A stretch of 39,624 nt of DNA from a virus. Both the position numbers and the translations under genes were made by a program. Under the pieces are notes generated by a model, which was given only the letters and a program-made list of their open reading frames with translations, was not told where the DNA came from and ran no database searches. Of the stretch, positions 7,924 through 17,160 are shown piece by piece (position 1 is the stretch's first letter; each line of letters begins with the position of its first letter). The DNA is taken from positions 1 to 39,624 of IMG/VR virus record IMGVR_UViG_3300040801_002038; one strand, given 5' to 3'.

Positions 7924-10900
7924 TCAGAGTGTCACGGATGCCTCGAGCGACTCGAGCATCACGACAAGGTCGTCGGATTCACGCCACAAGCTGGCGCGCA
8001 GCTGCACGCGGCTGGCGCGTCGCAGGCCGTTGCTGTGCGGTGCCCACGACGACCAGGCGCCGCCGGTGTAGTACCGCGACTCGAGGTTCAGGCCGTAGCG
8101 CCGGCCGATCTCGCCGGGATGCACCCAGCACGGCACGCGCGCCTGGTCGACATCGTCGAGCGTGCGGCCGTCGAACCAGTCGTCGATGGTGTCCTCGAGG
8201 ATGCCCGGCAAGCCCAGCGTGGCCGGCCGAATGTCGATCGACCGGTGCATGCCTTCGCCGTTGCCGACACGCCACGTCCAGTCGTCGAGCGTTTCGGAAT
8301 CGCGCGCCCAGATTGCAGGCACGACAGACCAGTGCGCCAGCGCCTCGAACTCGACGCCGTCGTCGTCGAGCAGCACGACCTCGGTTTCGGCCGACGTGTA
8401 GCTGCCGTCGCTGGCGCCGGCTGCCATCGCAAAACCTTCGTGCAGTTCGTCGTCGGTGCCGTGCACCAGGTTGTCGAGAGTTCCGCCGGGTACCGGGTCC
8501 ACCAGTTCGGCCGTTGCGACCACCGCGGTTCCACCGCCAGCGAACACGGACTGCGCGCCGGCCATGCCAGCGACATCGGTGGCGGCCGTGGCGGGCCCGT
8601 ACAGCCCGTCGGATGCCCGGCCGGCAACCCAGTAGCTCGGCGCCTTGTCGGCTGTCATACGCGCCGCGTCGTAGTCGACGAACTCGGCCGCCGTCGCCGG
8701 CAACACGGCAACCTGCGCGCCGTGGTCCCAGGTCAACCCCTTGCGCACCTCGACCGCGACCACGTCGTCGGTCGGCTGCCACCGCACGCGGATGTTGCCG
8801 GCACCGATCGGCTCGAACGCCACGTCGCGCATCACGATGCTGTGCGACAGCCAGGGCACGTCGCGGAACTCGGGCACCACCAGCGCTGCCGCGTCGGCCT
8901 CGGCCACCGGCGGGAACACACCACGCCGGTTCGTCACCACGACGACCACGTCGAGCGCGTCGCCGATGTTCACGTCGGCAAGGTCGCACCAGGTTCGGCG
9001 CGCGCCGACCTCGACCTGCAGCAGGAACGGCGCGCCGCTGTTCGTGCGCCTGACGTAGACACGCGACGACGCGTCGAGGCTGCGCCCGTACGGGTGCGCC
9101 CACGCCAGTTCCCAACCGGGCCCGTCGTACTTCCGATACAGCCGGATGGTGCTGGGATCGACCCGGAAAACGTCGGTGCTGTACGTGCTCTGGCCGGTGT
9201 CGTTGTCTCCGACCGACCCCTCGGCAATCTCCGGCGCGCCGTCGCTGAACCCGGATTCGGGCGGCACGTCGTAGGCGTCGGGGGTCCACTCGAGCGCCGT
9301 CACCTGGCGGTCGAGATTCTCCTCGAGGGTCAGCGACGTGATTTCGTACAGCTCGACCACCTGGTCGACGACGCCGATGCTGGCCGGCGCGCCGTCGTAG
9401 ATGTCGACAGCCGACTGCAGCGTGATCGCGTCGCCGGGCTGGTACGTGCCGGCTGCGTTCTGCACGCGCGCCTGTTCGACACTGCCGTCGATGCTGCGCG
9501 CCAGCAGGTCGTACGTTTTCGCGGCCTCGATCACGACCACCTGGTCGACGGTCACGGACGTGACACCGACACCGCCCTGCAGCACCGTCAGGCCCAGCGA
9601 TTCGTTTTCGAACGGCAGCACCACGTCAGTCTGTAGTGCGACCAGGTCGCCGACCTCGGCCGCCAGCGCGAAGAACGGCACGCGGAACGTCACGCGCTTG
9701 CGCACCAGGCGCGCGATTCGGTGCTCGAACACGCCTTGGCGGTACAGCTGCTCGGCACGCGTGATGCCGAACACCTGGTTGACCTGTTTGCTGGGTTCTG
9801 GCGCGTTGAACGCAGCGGGACCCGTTGCGGTGTCGGGGTCTTCGACGTCGAGCACGTCGCCGACGTAGTTCTTTTCGGCGTTCAGGTACTGGTACGCCAG
9901 CACGTGCGGCCGCTGTTTCGTCGGCAGCCACTCGACGCGCATGTCGCGGATCATCGGCGCGCTGATCAACTGCGTGGCGTCGCGGGTGCCGACGGCAAAC
10001 GGGGTGCCGCTGCCGTGGCTGTCGCGGTACCGGTAGACCACCGACACCGTGTTGCCACGCAGGAAGATCGACGCAGCGCCAGCGCTGGCGATCATCTGCA
10101 GCGTTTCCCATGCCGGTTTTTGCCGGTCGAGCACGCCGTCGAACGCGTAACGCGGACCCTCAGACCAGCCGGCCGGGATTTCGTCGCAGTAGACTGCCCA
10201 GCGGCCAAACGCCTCGAGGTCGATCTGCGTTTCGGCGATCAGGGAACCGAGGCCCCACGGCGCCAGCAGGAACTCGACGGCCAGCCATGCCGGGTTTTGC
10301 CCGATCGGGTGGTCGTAGATGTTCCACGGTGCCAGCAGCGGCCGCTGCCAGCCGTAGTCTGACCAGCCGCTGTTCGGGTCCCACGCGCGCACCCGGATGC
10401 CCTGCACCCGCAGCTTGAACTCGGGCAGACCAACCTGGCCGCTGCTGTTCGCATCGACCGACAGCCCGACCAGGCCGATGCGTGGATAGGCGAACGCGTT
10501 TCCGGTTGCCCACTCGACGTTCCGCAGCAGGCACGGGCTGGCCGGTGCGAACGAACCGTCGCCGTTGTTGCTGCCGAGCCAGGTATTGTTTGCCGCCAGC
10601 GAAACCTCGATCGGGCCCGAAACCGTTTGGCTGGCCGGCAGCAGGTTTAGCCGCCACTCGCGGGCTGTCGGCCGCAGAAACGCCACGCTCTGGCTGTTGT
10701 TCGGCCCTGTGCGCGTGAACCGCAGTAGCGGCACCACCTGGCCGGCGTCGTCGTAAAACGGACGCCACGCCGACTCACCGACCGGTCGCCATTCGACCAG
10801 GTACGACGCCGGGTCGGCGATGATTTGGCCCGACCCGGTGTTGCCACCTTGCACCGATCCGAACAACCCCTGCGGCGCGAACAGGATCAGCGACACGCTT

Positions 10901-11772
10901 TGGATGGGCGCAACGTCCAGAATGGTGTACGTCGCGCGGCCGGTGTTGGGGTACTGCGGCAGCGAAATGTCGGGCGCGTCGATCACTGACGAACCGATGA
11001 ACGGTGCAGGTAGTGGCGACTGGTCTAGTTCGCCACCGCGGTACCAGACACGGATGCCCGGCGTGGCCGCGTCGGCTTCGTACGTGTTGCCGTTCACCCG
11101 CACGTTGCTCGGAATCGGCGGGCCGGGGTTCGGGTCGCCGGGGCTGCCGCCCATTCCGTCCACTTCGCCGAAATCACCACCGACAACGCCACCGACCGAT
11201 TCGATGCGGCCCTCGGACAGCGCCAGGATGAACTGCCCTTTCTCGGTCGACTCGCCGATGAAACTGGCACCGCCGGCGCTGTTGTTCTGCAGCACCAGGT
11301 CGACCTGCAGCCGCGCGTCGATCACCTGGCCGCCGACGTCGTGTTCGCCGAGCACTATCGGGATGATGTACCCCTGCCCGTACGTGGTGCGGATGCCTGC
11401 GAACCCGTACGTGGGAGACCTGGCGTCGTCGGTTTCCTGGCCGACGCCCTCGGGTTCGGGCTTGGGGATCAGTGCGTTGAGCGCCAGCGACACGCCCACG
11501 GCCAGAATCAGGTTCACGATCAACTGTCCGGCCGTAGCGGCTGCGTCCAGCGTCGGCATCACGATCACGTCGACATCGTCGGGCAGCGAAAGCGCCGCCT
11601 CGGCCTGCGTCAGCTTGCGACCGCTCAAGCCGATGTCGACGCCGACCCCTTGCCATTCCTCGGGCCAGTGATCGACCAGCAGCTCGAGTGCCGACTGCCC
11701 ACGCCATTCGACGTTCAGCGACTCGACCTGGCCCGTGCCGATCACTCCGCGTTTTAGATGTAGCCGGATCAC
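7924..11772 (-). CDS. Fused tail assembly protein I-like domain plus host-specificity protein J-like central tail fibre (1,282 aa)
   Basis: GTG 11772 in a GTGA overlap with the K-like stop. The first ~160 aa parallel lambda gpI (ubiquitin-like start, hydrophobic stretch, PTYGF..I.T.YGQG.IIPIVLGEHDVGGQVI). FILALSEGRIESVGG and YPRIGLVGLSVDA...QNPAWLAVEFLL...DLEAFGRWAVYCDE then parallel lambda gpJ. Confidence 0.85.
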   Translation of the reverse strand: MIRLHLKRGVIGTGQVESLNVEWRGQSALELLVDHWPEEWQGVGVDIGLSGRKLTQAEAALSLPDDVDVIVMPTLDAAATAGQLIVNLILAVGVSLALNALIPKPEPEGVGQETDDARSPTYGFAGIRTTYGQGYIIPIVLGEHDVGGQVIDARLQVDLVLQNNSAGGASFIGESTEKGQFILALSEGRIESVGGVVGGDFGEVDGMGGSPGDPNPGPPIPSNVRVNGNTYEADAATPGIRVWYRGGELDQSPLPAPFIGSSVIDAPDISLPQYPNTGRATYTILDVAPIQSVSLILFAPQGLFGSVQGGNTGSGQIIADPASYLVEWRPVGESAWRPFYDDAGQVVPLLRFTRTGPNNSQSVAFLRPTAREWRLNLLPASQTVSGPIEVSLAANNTWLGSNNGDGSFAPASPCLLRNVEWATGNAFAYPRIGLVGLSVDANSSGQVGLPEFKLRVQGIRVRAWDPNSGWSDYGWQRPLLAPWNIYDHPIGQNPAWLAVEFLLAPWGLGSLIAETQIDLEAFGRWAVYCDEIPAGWSEGPRYAFDGVLDRQKPAWETLQMIASAGAASIFLRGNTVSVVYRYRDSHGSGTPFAVGTRDATQLISAPMIRDMRVEWLPTKQRPHVLAYQYLNAEKNYVGDVLDVEDPDTATGPAAFNAPEPSKQVNQVFGITRAEQLYRQGVFEHRIARLVRKRVTFRVPFFALAAEVGDLVALQTDVVLPFENESLGLTVLQGGVGVTSVTVDQVVVIEAAKTYDLLARSIDGSVEQARVQNAAGTYQPGDAITLQSAVDIYDGAPASIGVVDQVVELYEITSLTLEENLDRQVTALEWTPDAYDVPPESGFSDGAPEIAEGSVGDNDTGQSTYSTDVFRVDPSTIRLYRKYDGPGWELAWAHPYGRSLDASSRVYVRRTNSGAPFLLQVEVGARRTWCDLADVNIGDALDVVVVVTNRRGVFPPVAEADAAALVVPEFRDVPWLSHSIVMRDVAFEPIGAGNIRVRWQPTDDVVAVEVRKGLTWDHGAQVAVLPATAAEFVDYDAARMTADKAPSYWVAGRASDGLYGPATAATDVAGMAGAQSVFAGGGTAVVATAELVDPVPGGTLDNLVHGTDDELHEGFAMAAGASDGSYTSAETEVVLLDDDGVEFEALAHWSVVPAIWARDSETLDDWTWRVGNGEGMHRSIDIRPATLGLPGILEDTIDDWFDGRTLDDVDQARVPCWVHPGEIGRRYGLNLESRYYTGGAWSSWAPHSNGLRRASRVQLRASLWRESDDLVVMLESLEASVTL

Positions 11773-12203
11773 GTGCACAGCTCCCAAGTTTGCGAGACCA
11801 CCGAACGCATGTGGCGCCAGTCTACGGACACCACGCCGGTGGTCGGCCTCGAGGTCCAGAACCTGCCGCCGATGACGACACCCACGCCGGCGTTTACGTG
11901 CGACGGTTCGCAGATACTGCTGCGCCCGGGTTCGGTCACGCCGACCAGGCCGTCGGCTGCCACCGCCGGCACCGGGTCGACCTGGTGCCAGCCAGGCGGG
12001 AACCCGCTCGAGGCCAGCGCCGCGGCGCAGCCACCGCTGCGCCACAGGCTTTCCATGCGTTCCCAGGGCGCCGGCAGCAGGTCGTCGGCGACTCCCAGCA
12101 TCGACAGCAGCACGCGCGTCGTGCCGAGGCAATCCAGGCCTTCCGACGGGTCACGGCCGCCGAGCAGGTAAGGCACGCCGAGCAGCTGCGCCGGGCTGTT
12201 CAT
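11769..12203 (-). CDS. NlpC/P60-type tail-tip protein (lambda gpK-like, without an obvious MPN half)
   Basis: GVPYLLGGRDPSEGLDCLGTTRVLL (catalytic Cys block) and a downstream His. Sits between the L-like and I/J-like genes. ATGA overlap. Confidence 0.7.
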   Translation of the reverse strand: MNSPAQLLGVPYLLGGRDPSEGLDCLGTTRVLLSMLGVADDLLPAPWERMESLWRSGGCAAALASSGFPPGWHQVDPVPAVAADGLVGVTEPGRSSICEPSHVNAGVGVVIGGRFWTSRPTTGVVSVDWRHMRSVVSQTWELCT

Positions 12204-12868
12204 GGTGCGCGCTCCGTCGGTACGCCGCGGAACCCGCCGAACCGTTTCGGGTGCAGCCTCGGGATGCGGCGCGCGTCCTCGTCGTCACCCCTGGCGATGC
12301 ACTCGGGAATCGTTTTGTTGCAGGTCGTGAACGCGGCCGCTTCGTTGATTGGGTAACCGCATTCGGGGCCACCGAACACCCAGCGGCACAGCTGCGGGTT
12401 GTACCGGTCGGTCGGCACGCGCCGCAGGAACGGCGACGGCAGCTCGAGCCGAAACGACACCTGCTGCGCGTCGGCCTCGGCGCTGGCGATCTGCCAAACC
12501 AGGGTAGCCTCGGGATGCGTCAACGGGTTGTTGGCGTTCACCAGGCGCGACGTTGCCTGGTTCCCGATGAACCCGTCGGCCTGGTCTAGGTAGGGCATCA
12601 ACCACCGGCCAGCGTTGTCGAAACTCAACGTGAGCGACGGCAGGTCGCCGTCGGCGTTCGCCTGGATCGGCGATTGAGCGATCGGGTACGGGTAGTACGT
12701 GCCGCCACCGATCACGATTTCGTCGTCGGCCGCGACGACGCGCAGCACGGTGCTCGGCGTCGGGCCCTCGTTCACCTCCACCTGGATTTCCCACGCCCAC
12801 AGCAGCGGGTCTGACGGGTAAGGGTTCTGGGATGCGGTCGCCAGGTCGGTCGGCAGGTTGACGGCCAT
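12200..12868 (-). CDS. Minor tail protein L-like (tail tip, Cys-rich Fe-S type C-terminus)
   Basis: LLWAWEIQV..., YYPYPIAQSPIQANADGDLPSLTLSFDN and CRWVFGGPECGY...CNKTIPEC...RFGGFRG parallel lambda gpL (YQPYPIQGSGFE..., CTWTYRGDECGY..., NFGGF). Confidence 0.85.
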   Translation of the reverse strand: MAVNLPTDLATASQNPYPSDPLLWAWEIQVEVNEGPTPSTVLRVVAADDEIVIGGGTYYPYPIAQSPIQANADGDLPSLTLSFDNAGRWLMPYLDQADGFIGNQATSRLVNANNPLTHPEATLVWQIASAEADAQQVSFRLELPSPFLRRVPTDRYNPQLCRWVFGGPECGYPINEAAAFTTCNKTIPECIARGDDEDARRIPRLHPKRFGGFRGVPTERAP

Positions 12869-14683
12869 TCACGCGCCCCCCGTAAACACCAGCTCGAACA
12901 CGCGCACCGATAGGCCGTAGGTCAAGCTCGAATCGCTCGAGGTCGTCGGCCGGTCGGTCACGATGAACGCCGTGGCCACCTGGCCCGGTGGCGTCCAGGC
13001 GAACGTGACGTTTACGCGCAGGAACTCGAGCAGCTGGTCGCGTTCGGATGCCGACAGCCCCACGAACTGCAGCTGCAGCGACCGGCGCGCCTGCGCAAAC
13101 CGTGGCAGGTTCCACCGGTAGCCGGTGTCGCCTTGGAACGTGTGGGCCGGAACGTCCTGCACCTCGGCAATCTGCGCCTGCGGTTCGAACGGCAGCACCT
13201 CGAGCGACCCGACGTCGGGCGATTCGCGGCCCGGCACCAGCGCCACGATCGGCGACGGCGTTACGGCCGGCAGCCCGAACGTCGACGGATCGTTTTCGAG
13301 GCCGAGGCCGACGGCGCGAAACTGCGAACCCGAACGCGGCGCGCCGGGAATGGATGCGATGCCGGACGCGAACAGGATTTCGAACGCAGCGTCGCCGGCC
13401 AGGTCGCGCCCCTCGACGTAAGCCTGAAACGGTGTCGACTCCGGGCCGTACCGTTTCACGTGATTTTTCGCCGGGATCGACACCACCGGCGAACCGTCGG
13501 TGCCGGTGATGAAATGCCGCCACGACTGGAACGCCGGCGCAGCGTTCGCGGCGCGTGCCTGCGTCAGCAGCACGTATTTCGTCGGGTTCACCGGCGTGGT
13601 TTCGAACCGCAGGCCGGGCACGCCCACCGGCGCGAACAGGTCGTCGATCGTCTGGCCGAACTGGCTGTAGTCGTCGTCTACCTTGACGTTGTAGAAGTCG
13701 TCTACGCCCAGCGCGTCGCGGATGCGAACCGCAAACCAGTTGGCGCGCTTCACGGCCGTGTGGAACTGCGGGTTGCCGGCCGTGCCGGCCTGGTACCCGT
13801 CGCGGCCTTGCCATCCCAGCAGGTCGAACGTCGCGCCGCGCTTGTACGTCGTAAACCCGCCCTGAATCAACTGGCGCTGGTTGTCGAGCCACGCCGGTGC
13901 GCCGGCCGCTTGCTCGACCCCATCCATGCCGAGGAAGTCGCGGAAATCCTCGGTAGTGCCGCCACCGGTGGCGCCGTCCGACTGGAACAGCACCAGGGCG
14001 GGCCCGCTCTGCGCCTGGTACGGCCGGTAAGTCCACGAGTGAAACACCAGCCACGTTTCGTCGACTACGGCGCCGCCAGGCCTGAACCCGAAGTCGAGCA
14101 CGCGATAATTAGGCGGTGGCGTCAACGCCTGCGGCTGCCGCGGCGCGTACTCGGCAGCGTCGTACGGCACCGACTCGTCGTCGAGCGTGGCCAGGTCGAA
14201 CGTCAGCACAGTGACGTCGGCAATCTCGAACGACCCACCTTGCCGACCGTCGCCGTTGTCGATCAACCGCCCGACGATCGCCAGCTGATCGGCCACCTTC
14301 CACGCGTCGCCCCACTGCGGGTGCTGGTCGAGGGTCAGCGACGAATCGAGAATCTGCACGATCTGCACCGGGTACGCGTCCTCGCCACCGTTGGGGGACA
14401 AGTGTCCGACGCTGCTGTCGTTCAGGCGTATGCGTAGGCGCTCCCGGCCGTCGGTTTGTGTGATGTTGCCCGACCCGTCGAGCGATGCCATGCACAGTTC
14501 CACCTGGTGCCGGCTGGTGTTGGGGTTCCACGCAAACGAACCGACGCTGGCGTGAATCACGAACGCCAGGCGGCCGCCGACCTGCGTGTGCTCGATCGGC
14601 ACGCGGTGGCAGATCGTCCAGTCGTAGGCGTTGACGCGCTGCACCTGGCCGACCCCCGACGACATACGCGCCAGCTGCGCCAT
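12869..14683 (-). CDS. Tail-tip protein: ~490-aa unknown N-terminal region plus C-terminal gpM-like domain (604 aa)
   Basis: ATG 14683 overlaps the tape-measure TGA (TGATG). The C-terminus FQGDTGYRWNLPRF...LQLQFVGLSASERDQLLEFLRVNVTFAWTPPGQ...VRVFELV parallels lambda gpM (RFGDGYSQRAP...LSVPREEATVLESFLEEHGGWKSFLWTPP...FEQV). Confidence 0.65.
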   Translation of the reverse strand: MAQLARMSSGVGQVQRVNAYDWTICHRVPIEHTQVGGRLAFVIHASVGSFAWNPNTSRHQVELCMASLDGSGNITQTDGRERLRIRLNDSSVGHLSPNGGEDAYPVQIVQILDSSLTLDQHPQWGDAWKVADQLAIVGRLIDNGDGRQGGSFEIADVTVLTFDLATLDDESVPYDAAEYAPRQPQALTPPPNYRVLDFGFRPGGAVVDETWLVFHSWTYRPYQAQSGPALVLFQSDGATGGGTTEDFRDFLGMDGVEQAAGAPAWLDNQRQLIQGGFTTYKRGATFDLLGWQGRDGYQAGTAGNPQFHTAVKRANWFAVRIRDALGVDDFYNVKVDDDYSQFGQTIDDLFAPVGVPGLRFETTPVNPTKYVLLTQARAANAAPAFQSWRHFITGTDGSPVVSIPAKNHVKRYGPESTPFQAYVEGRDLAGDAAFEILFASGIASIPGAPRSGSQFRAVGLGLENDPSTFGLPAVTPSPIVALVPGRESPDVGSLEVLPFEPQAQIAEVQDVPAHTFQGDTGYRWNLPRFAQARRSLQLQFVGLSASERDQLLEFLRVNVTFAWTPPGQVATAFIVTDRPTTSSDSSLTYGLSVRVFELVFTGGA

Positions 14684-17157
14684 CAAGTCACCTGCCTGAC
14701 TGCACGGCGCGACGCGGTCGACGTTTCGAGGCCGTTCTGCTGCACCGACAGCAGCAGGCCACGGTTTTCGAGCAGCCAGCGGCTGGTGTCTTTGCTGTCG
14801 ACCGTCTGCACCACGATCGTGAGACCACCACCGCCACCACCTTGCATATCGACAGGGATTCGCCGGCCGTCAGGCAACGGCACGAACGCTTCGGCACCGC
14901 GGCCCTCGCCGAACACGGCGACCTGTGGCGACCTGGCGATGCCGCCCTGCGCGTACTCGTTCACCGGCAAGGTTTCCGGCCGGCGCATGCGTCCCATCAT
15001 CACGCCACCCGTTTCGAACGTCAGGCCGACAGCAGACAGCGACCGCAGGATCAGGGCGCGCGTGATCAACTGCGACAGCTGGCGCAGCGTGGCCTCGGCA
15101 AACTCGTTGAACGCTTCGCGCGCGTCGCCGGCGCCGGTGGCCACGTCGACCAGCGCGTCGCTCAGTGCGTTCACGCCGTTGTTGATCAGTGACGTGGCCG
15201 CTTCCTGGCCGATTTTCGTCATGTCGAGCAGCGCCGCCGCGGCCTGCTGCGCGCCATCCGCGAACCCTTGCGCGAAGTCACCTCGAGCGCGTGCCGTGGC
15301 GCGTTCGGTGGCCTGCTCGACACCCTCGAGCGCCTGCGCCAGCTGCTCGGCGCTTATGCGTCCGTCGTCGAACGCCTGCTCGAACCCGAGGCGCTGCAGT
15401 TCGCCGTTGATCTCGGCCAGCCTGGTGCGCACCGCCTGCGTCTGCACGTCGAGGCCGAGCACCTGCTGCTCGAATCCGAGGCTTTGCTGCTCGATCGTGC
15501 GACCGATGCGTGCCTGCTCGCGTTCGGCAGCCGCGCCAAGATCCTCGAACGCCTGCGCCAGTTCCTGCGCGCCGATCCGGCCCGACTCGAAAAACTCGAG
15601 CGCCTGGTTTCCAGTCGACAGCAGCTGCAGCTCGGCGTTCGTGGCTGCCAGCGCGCGCTGCACGTCCTCAGTCGCCGGCAGGACACTCAGCAGCGTACGC
15701 TGCAGGTTCAGGAACCGGGTGCCCTCAGCGGCCTGGCCACGTATGTCGCCCTGCGACGCAGCGCCACCGCCGCCGGCGTCCTCGAACGCCTTACGGAACG
15801 CGTCGCCAGCCGCCGCGCCGGCCTCGGCTGCCGCCGATTCGCCGGTCGGCGTAGCCGCCTCGACAAGCTGTTCGATCGCGTCGGCGAATCTCTGCCGGGC
15901 TTGCCGCAGCTGCCCGCTCAACCCGTCGCCGATCACCTGCAACAGTTCCTGGCGCCGTTCGGCCAGGCCGAGTTCCGCCTGCGAAACTGTCGCCAGGAAC
16001 TCGGCCTCGGCACGCTGCAGCGCTTGCTGGCGCTCGAGCCGGATGGCCGACCGGTCGGCCGGATCACGTGCCTGCGCCATGGCGGTCGCGAACGGTTCAA
16101 CGGCTGCCCGTGCCGCGGCATCGCGCCGGCGAATGAACTCTGCCAGCTGCTGTTCGACTTCTCTCAGTTCCCGTTCGAGGTCGGACGAATCGAACAGCGA
16201 CACGCCCGGGATGCGTTCCAGCGTGTCGATGAACTCGATCACTGCGTCGGCCATCAAGTCCAACACGCCGATGAACCCGCGGCCGAGGTCGCGGAAAACC
16301 GCGACGATGCGGTCGCGGTTGTCACTAACGGTTTTCGCCAGCTGCGTGAACACGGCCGAAATGCCCGGCGCCACCTCGAGGAACAGCGCCTCTCCGACAC
16401 CGCGCAGCGACGTGCGGAACCTGGCCAACGCGTCGTTGAACGCAGCGGCACGGTTCAGGCTGTCGCGGTCGAACACCACGCCGAGCCGTTCGGCTTCCTC
16501 GGCCAGTTCGCGGATCGCAGCCGACCCGCCGGCCAGCAGCGGGCCCAGACGCGAACCGCTGCGCCCGAACACGGTCAGCAGCGCGTTGTTTCTCTCGGTG
16601 GCGCTGCCGACCTGCTCGAAACCGTCGGCGACATCGGCCAGCAGGTCGATCAAGTCGATGCGCTGCAGGTCGGCCAGTTCCTCGAGGTTCAGGCCGAGTT
16701 CGCGGAACGCGTCGGCCTGCGCCAGGCTGCCGCGGCGCGCGGCCTCGAGGTTGCGCGAGAAGATCGCCAGCGCGCTGCTGATTTCCGTGAACGCCACCGC
16801 GTTCAGCTCGCCGACAAACCGCAGCGCCGACAGCGATTCGGTGGTCGCCTGCAGCCGGTCGGCGGTCTTCACCACTTCGTCGAGGTCGTCGGCGATGCCC
16901 TGGAACAGCCCGAACGTGCGCCGCACCGCGACCACCGCGACGAACCCCAGCACCAGGTTTTTCGCGCTCAGGATCTTGGACGCCACGCCGTCGATCGCTT
17001 TGCCGGCCAGGCGCAGCGGTGCGGTGATGCCTTTGCCGAACTTGACGAACGCAGCCTGCGTTTTCCCGACCTGCGCGCGAACCTTCGTCAGGCCTTGCGA
17101 CATTCGGTCGCGAAACTGCCCGGTGATGCGCAGTTCGCGGTTTTCACTGGTCGCCAT
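14683..17157 (-). CDS. Tail tape measure protein (824 aa)
   Basis: Long Ala/Leu/Glu-rich helical protein. Internal repeats GRIGAQELAQAFEDLG and GRISAEQLAQALEGVE. Conserved C-terminal AQGGIARSPQVAVFGEGRGAEAFVPLPDGRRIPV. Sits downstream of G/GT. Confidence 0.85.
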   Translation of the reverse strand: MATSENRELRITGQFRDRMSQGLTKVRAQVGKTQAAFVKFGKGITAPLRLAGKAIDGVASKILSAKNLVLGFVAVVAVRRTFGLFQGIADDLDEVVKTADRLQATTESLSALRFVGELNAVAFTEISSALAIFSRNLEAARRGSLAQADAFRELGLNLEELADLQRIDLIDLLADVADGFEQVGSATERNNALLTVFGRSGSRLGPLLAGGSAAIRELAEEAERLGVVFDRDSLNRAAAFNDALARFRTSLRGVGEALFLEVAPGISAVFTQLAKTVSDNRDRIVAVFRDLGRGFIGVLDLMADAVIEFIDTLERIPGVSLFDSSDLERELREVEQQLAEFIRRRDAAARAAVEPFATAMAQARDPADRSAIRLERQQALQRAEAEFLATVSQAELGLAERRQELLQVIGDGLSGQLRQARQRFADAIEQLVEAATPTGESAAAEAGAAAGDAFRKAFEDAGGGGAASQGDIRGQAAEGTRFLNLQRTLLSVLPATEDVQRALAATNAELQLLSTGNQALEFFESGRIGAQELAQAFEDLGAAAEREQARIGRTIEQQSLGFEQQVLGLDVQTQAVRTRLAEINGELQRLGFEQAFDDGRISAEQLAQALEGVEQATERATARARGDFAQGFADGAQQAAAALLDMTKIGQEAATSLINNGVNALSDALVDVATGAGDAREAFNEFAEATLRQLSQLITRALILRSLSAVGLTFETGGVMMGRMRRPETLPVNEYAQGGIARSPQVAVFGEGRGAEAFVPLPDGRRIPVDMQGGGGGGLTIVVQTVDSKDTSRWLLENRGLLLSVQQNGLETSTASRRAVRQVT

Positions 17158-17160
17158 GGA

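Noticed and set aside
6619-9636. Very long antisense ORFs on the + strand (6619-9636, 1005 aa). Similar cases are 14456-17728, 19714-22680, 23175-25199 and 25476-27005, along with many 100-400-aa ORFs in other frames.
   Set aside because: Their translations are Arg/Ala/Gly/Pro/Ser-dominated low-complexity strings (for example RRRRQRQQ and SSSSSSSS runs). This is typical of open off-frames in high-GC DNA. Each lies opposite a gene with clear phage-protein motifs and tight operon coupling.
11773-12132. Upstream extension of the J-like ORF (track start 12132).
   Set aside because: It overlaps the NlpC/P60 gene out of frame and has junk-like composition. GTG 11772 gives a GTGA coupling to the K-like stop, and gpI-like sequence starts there.
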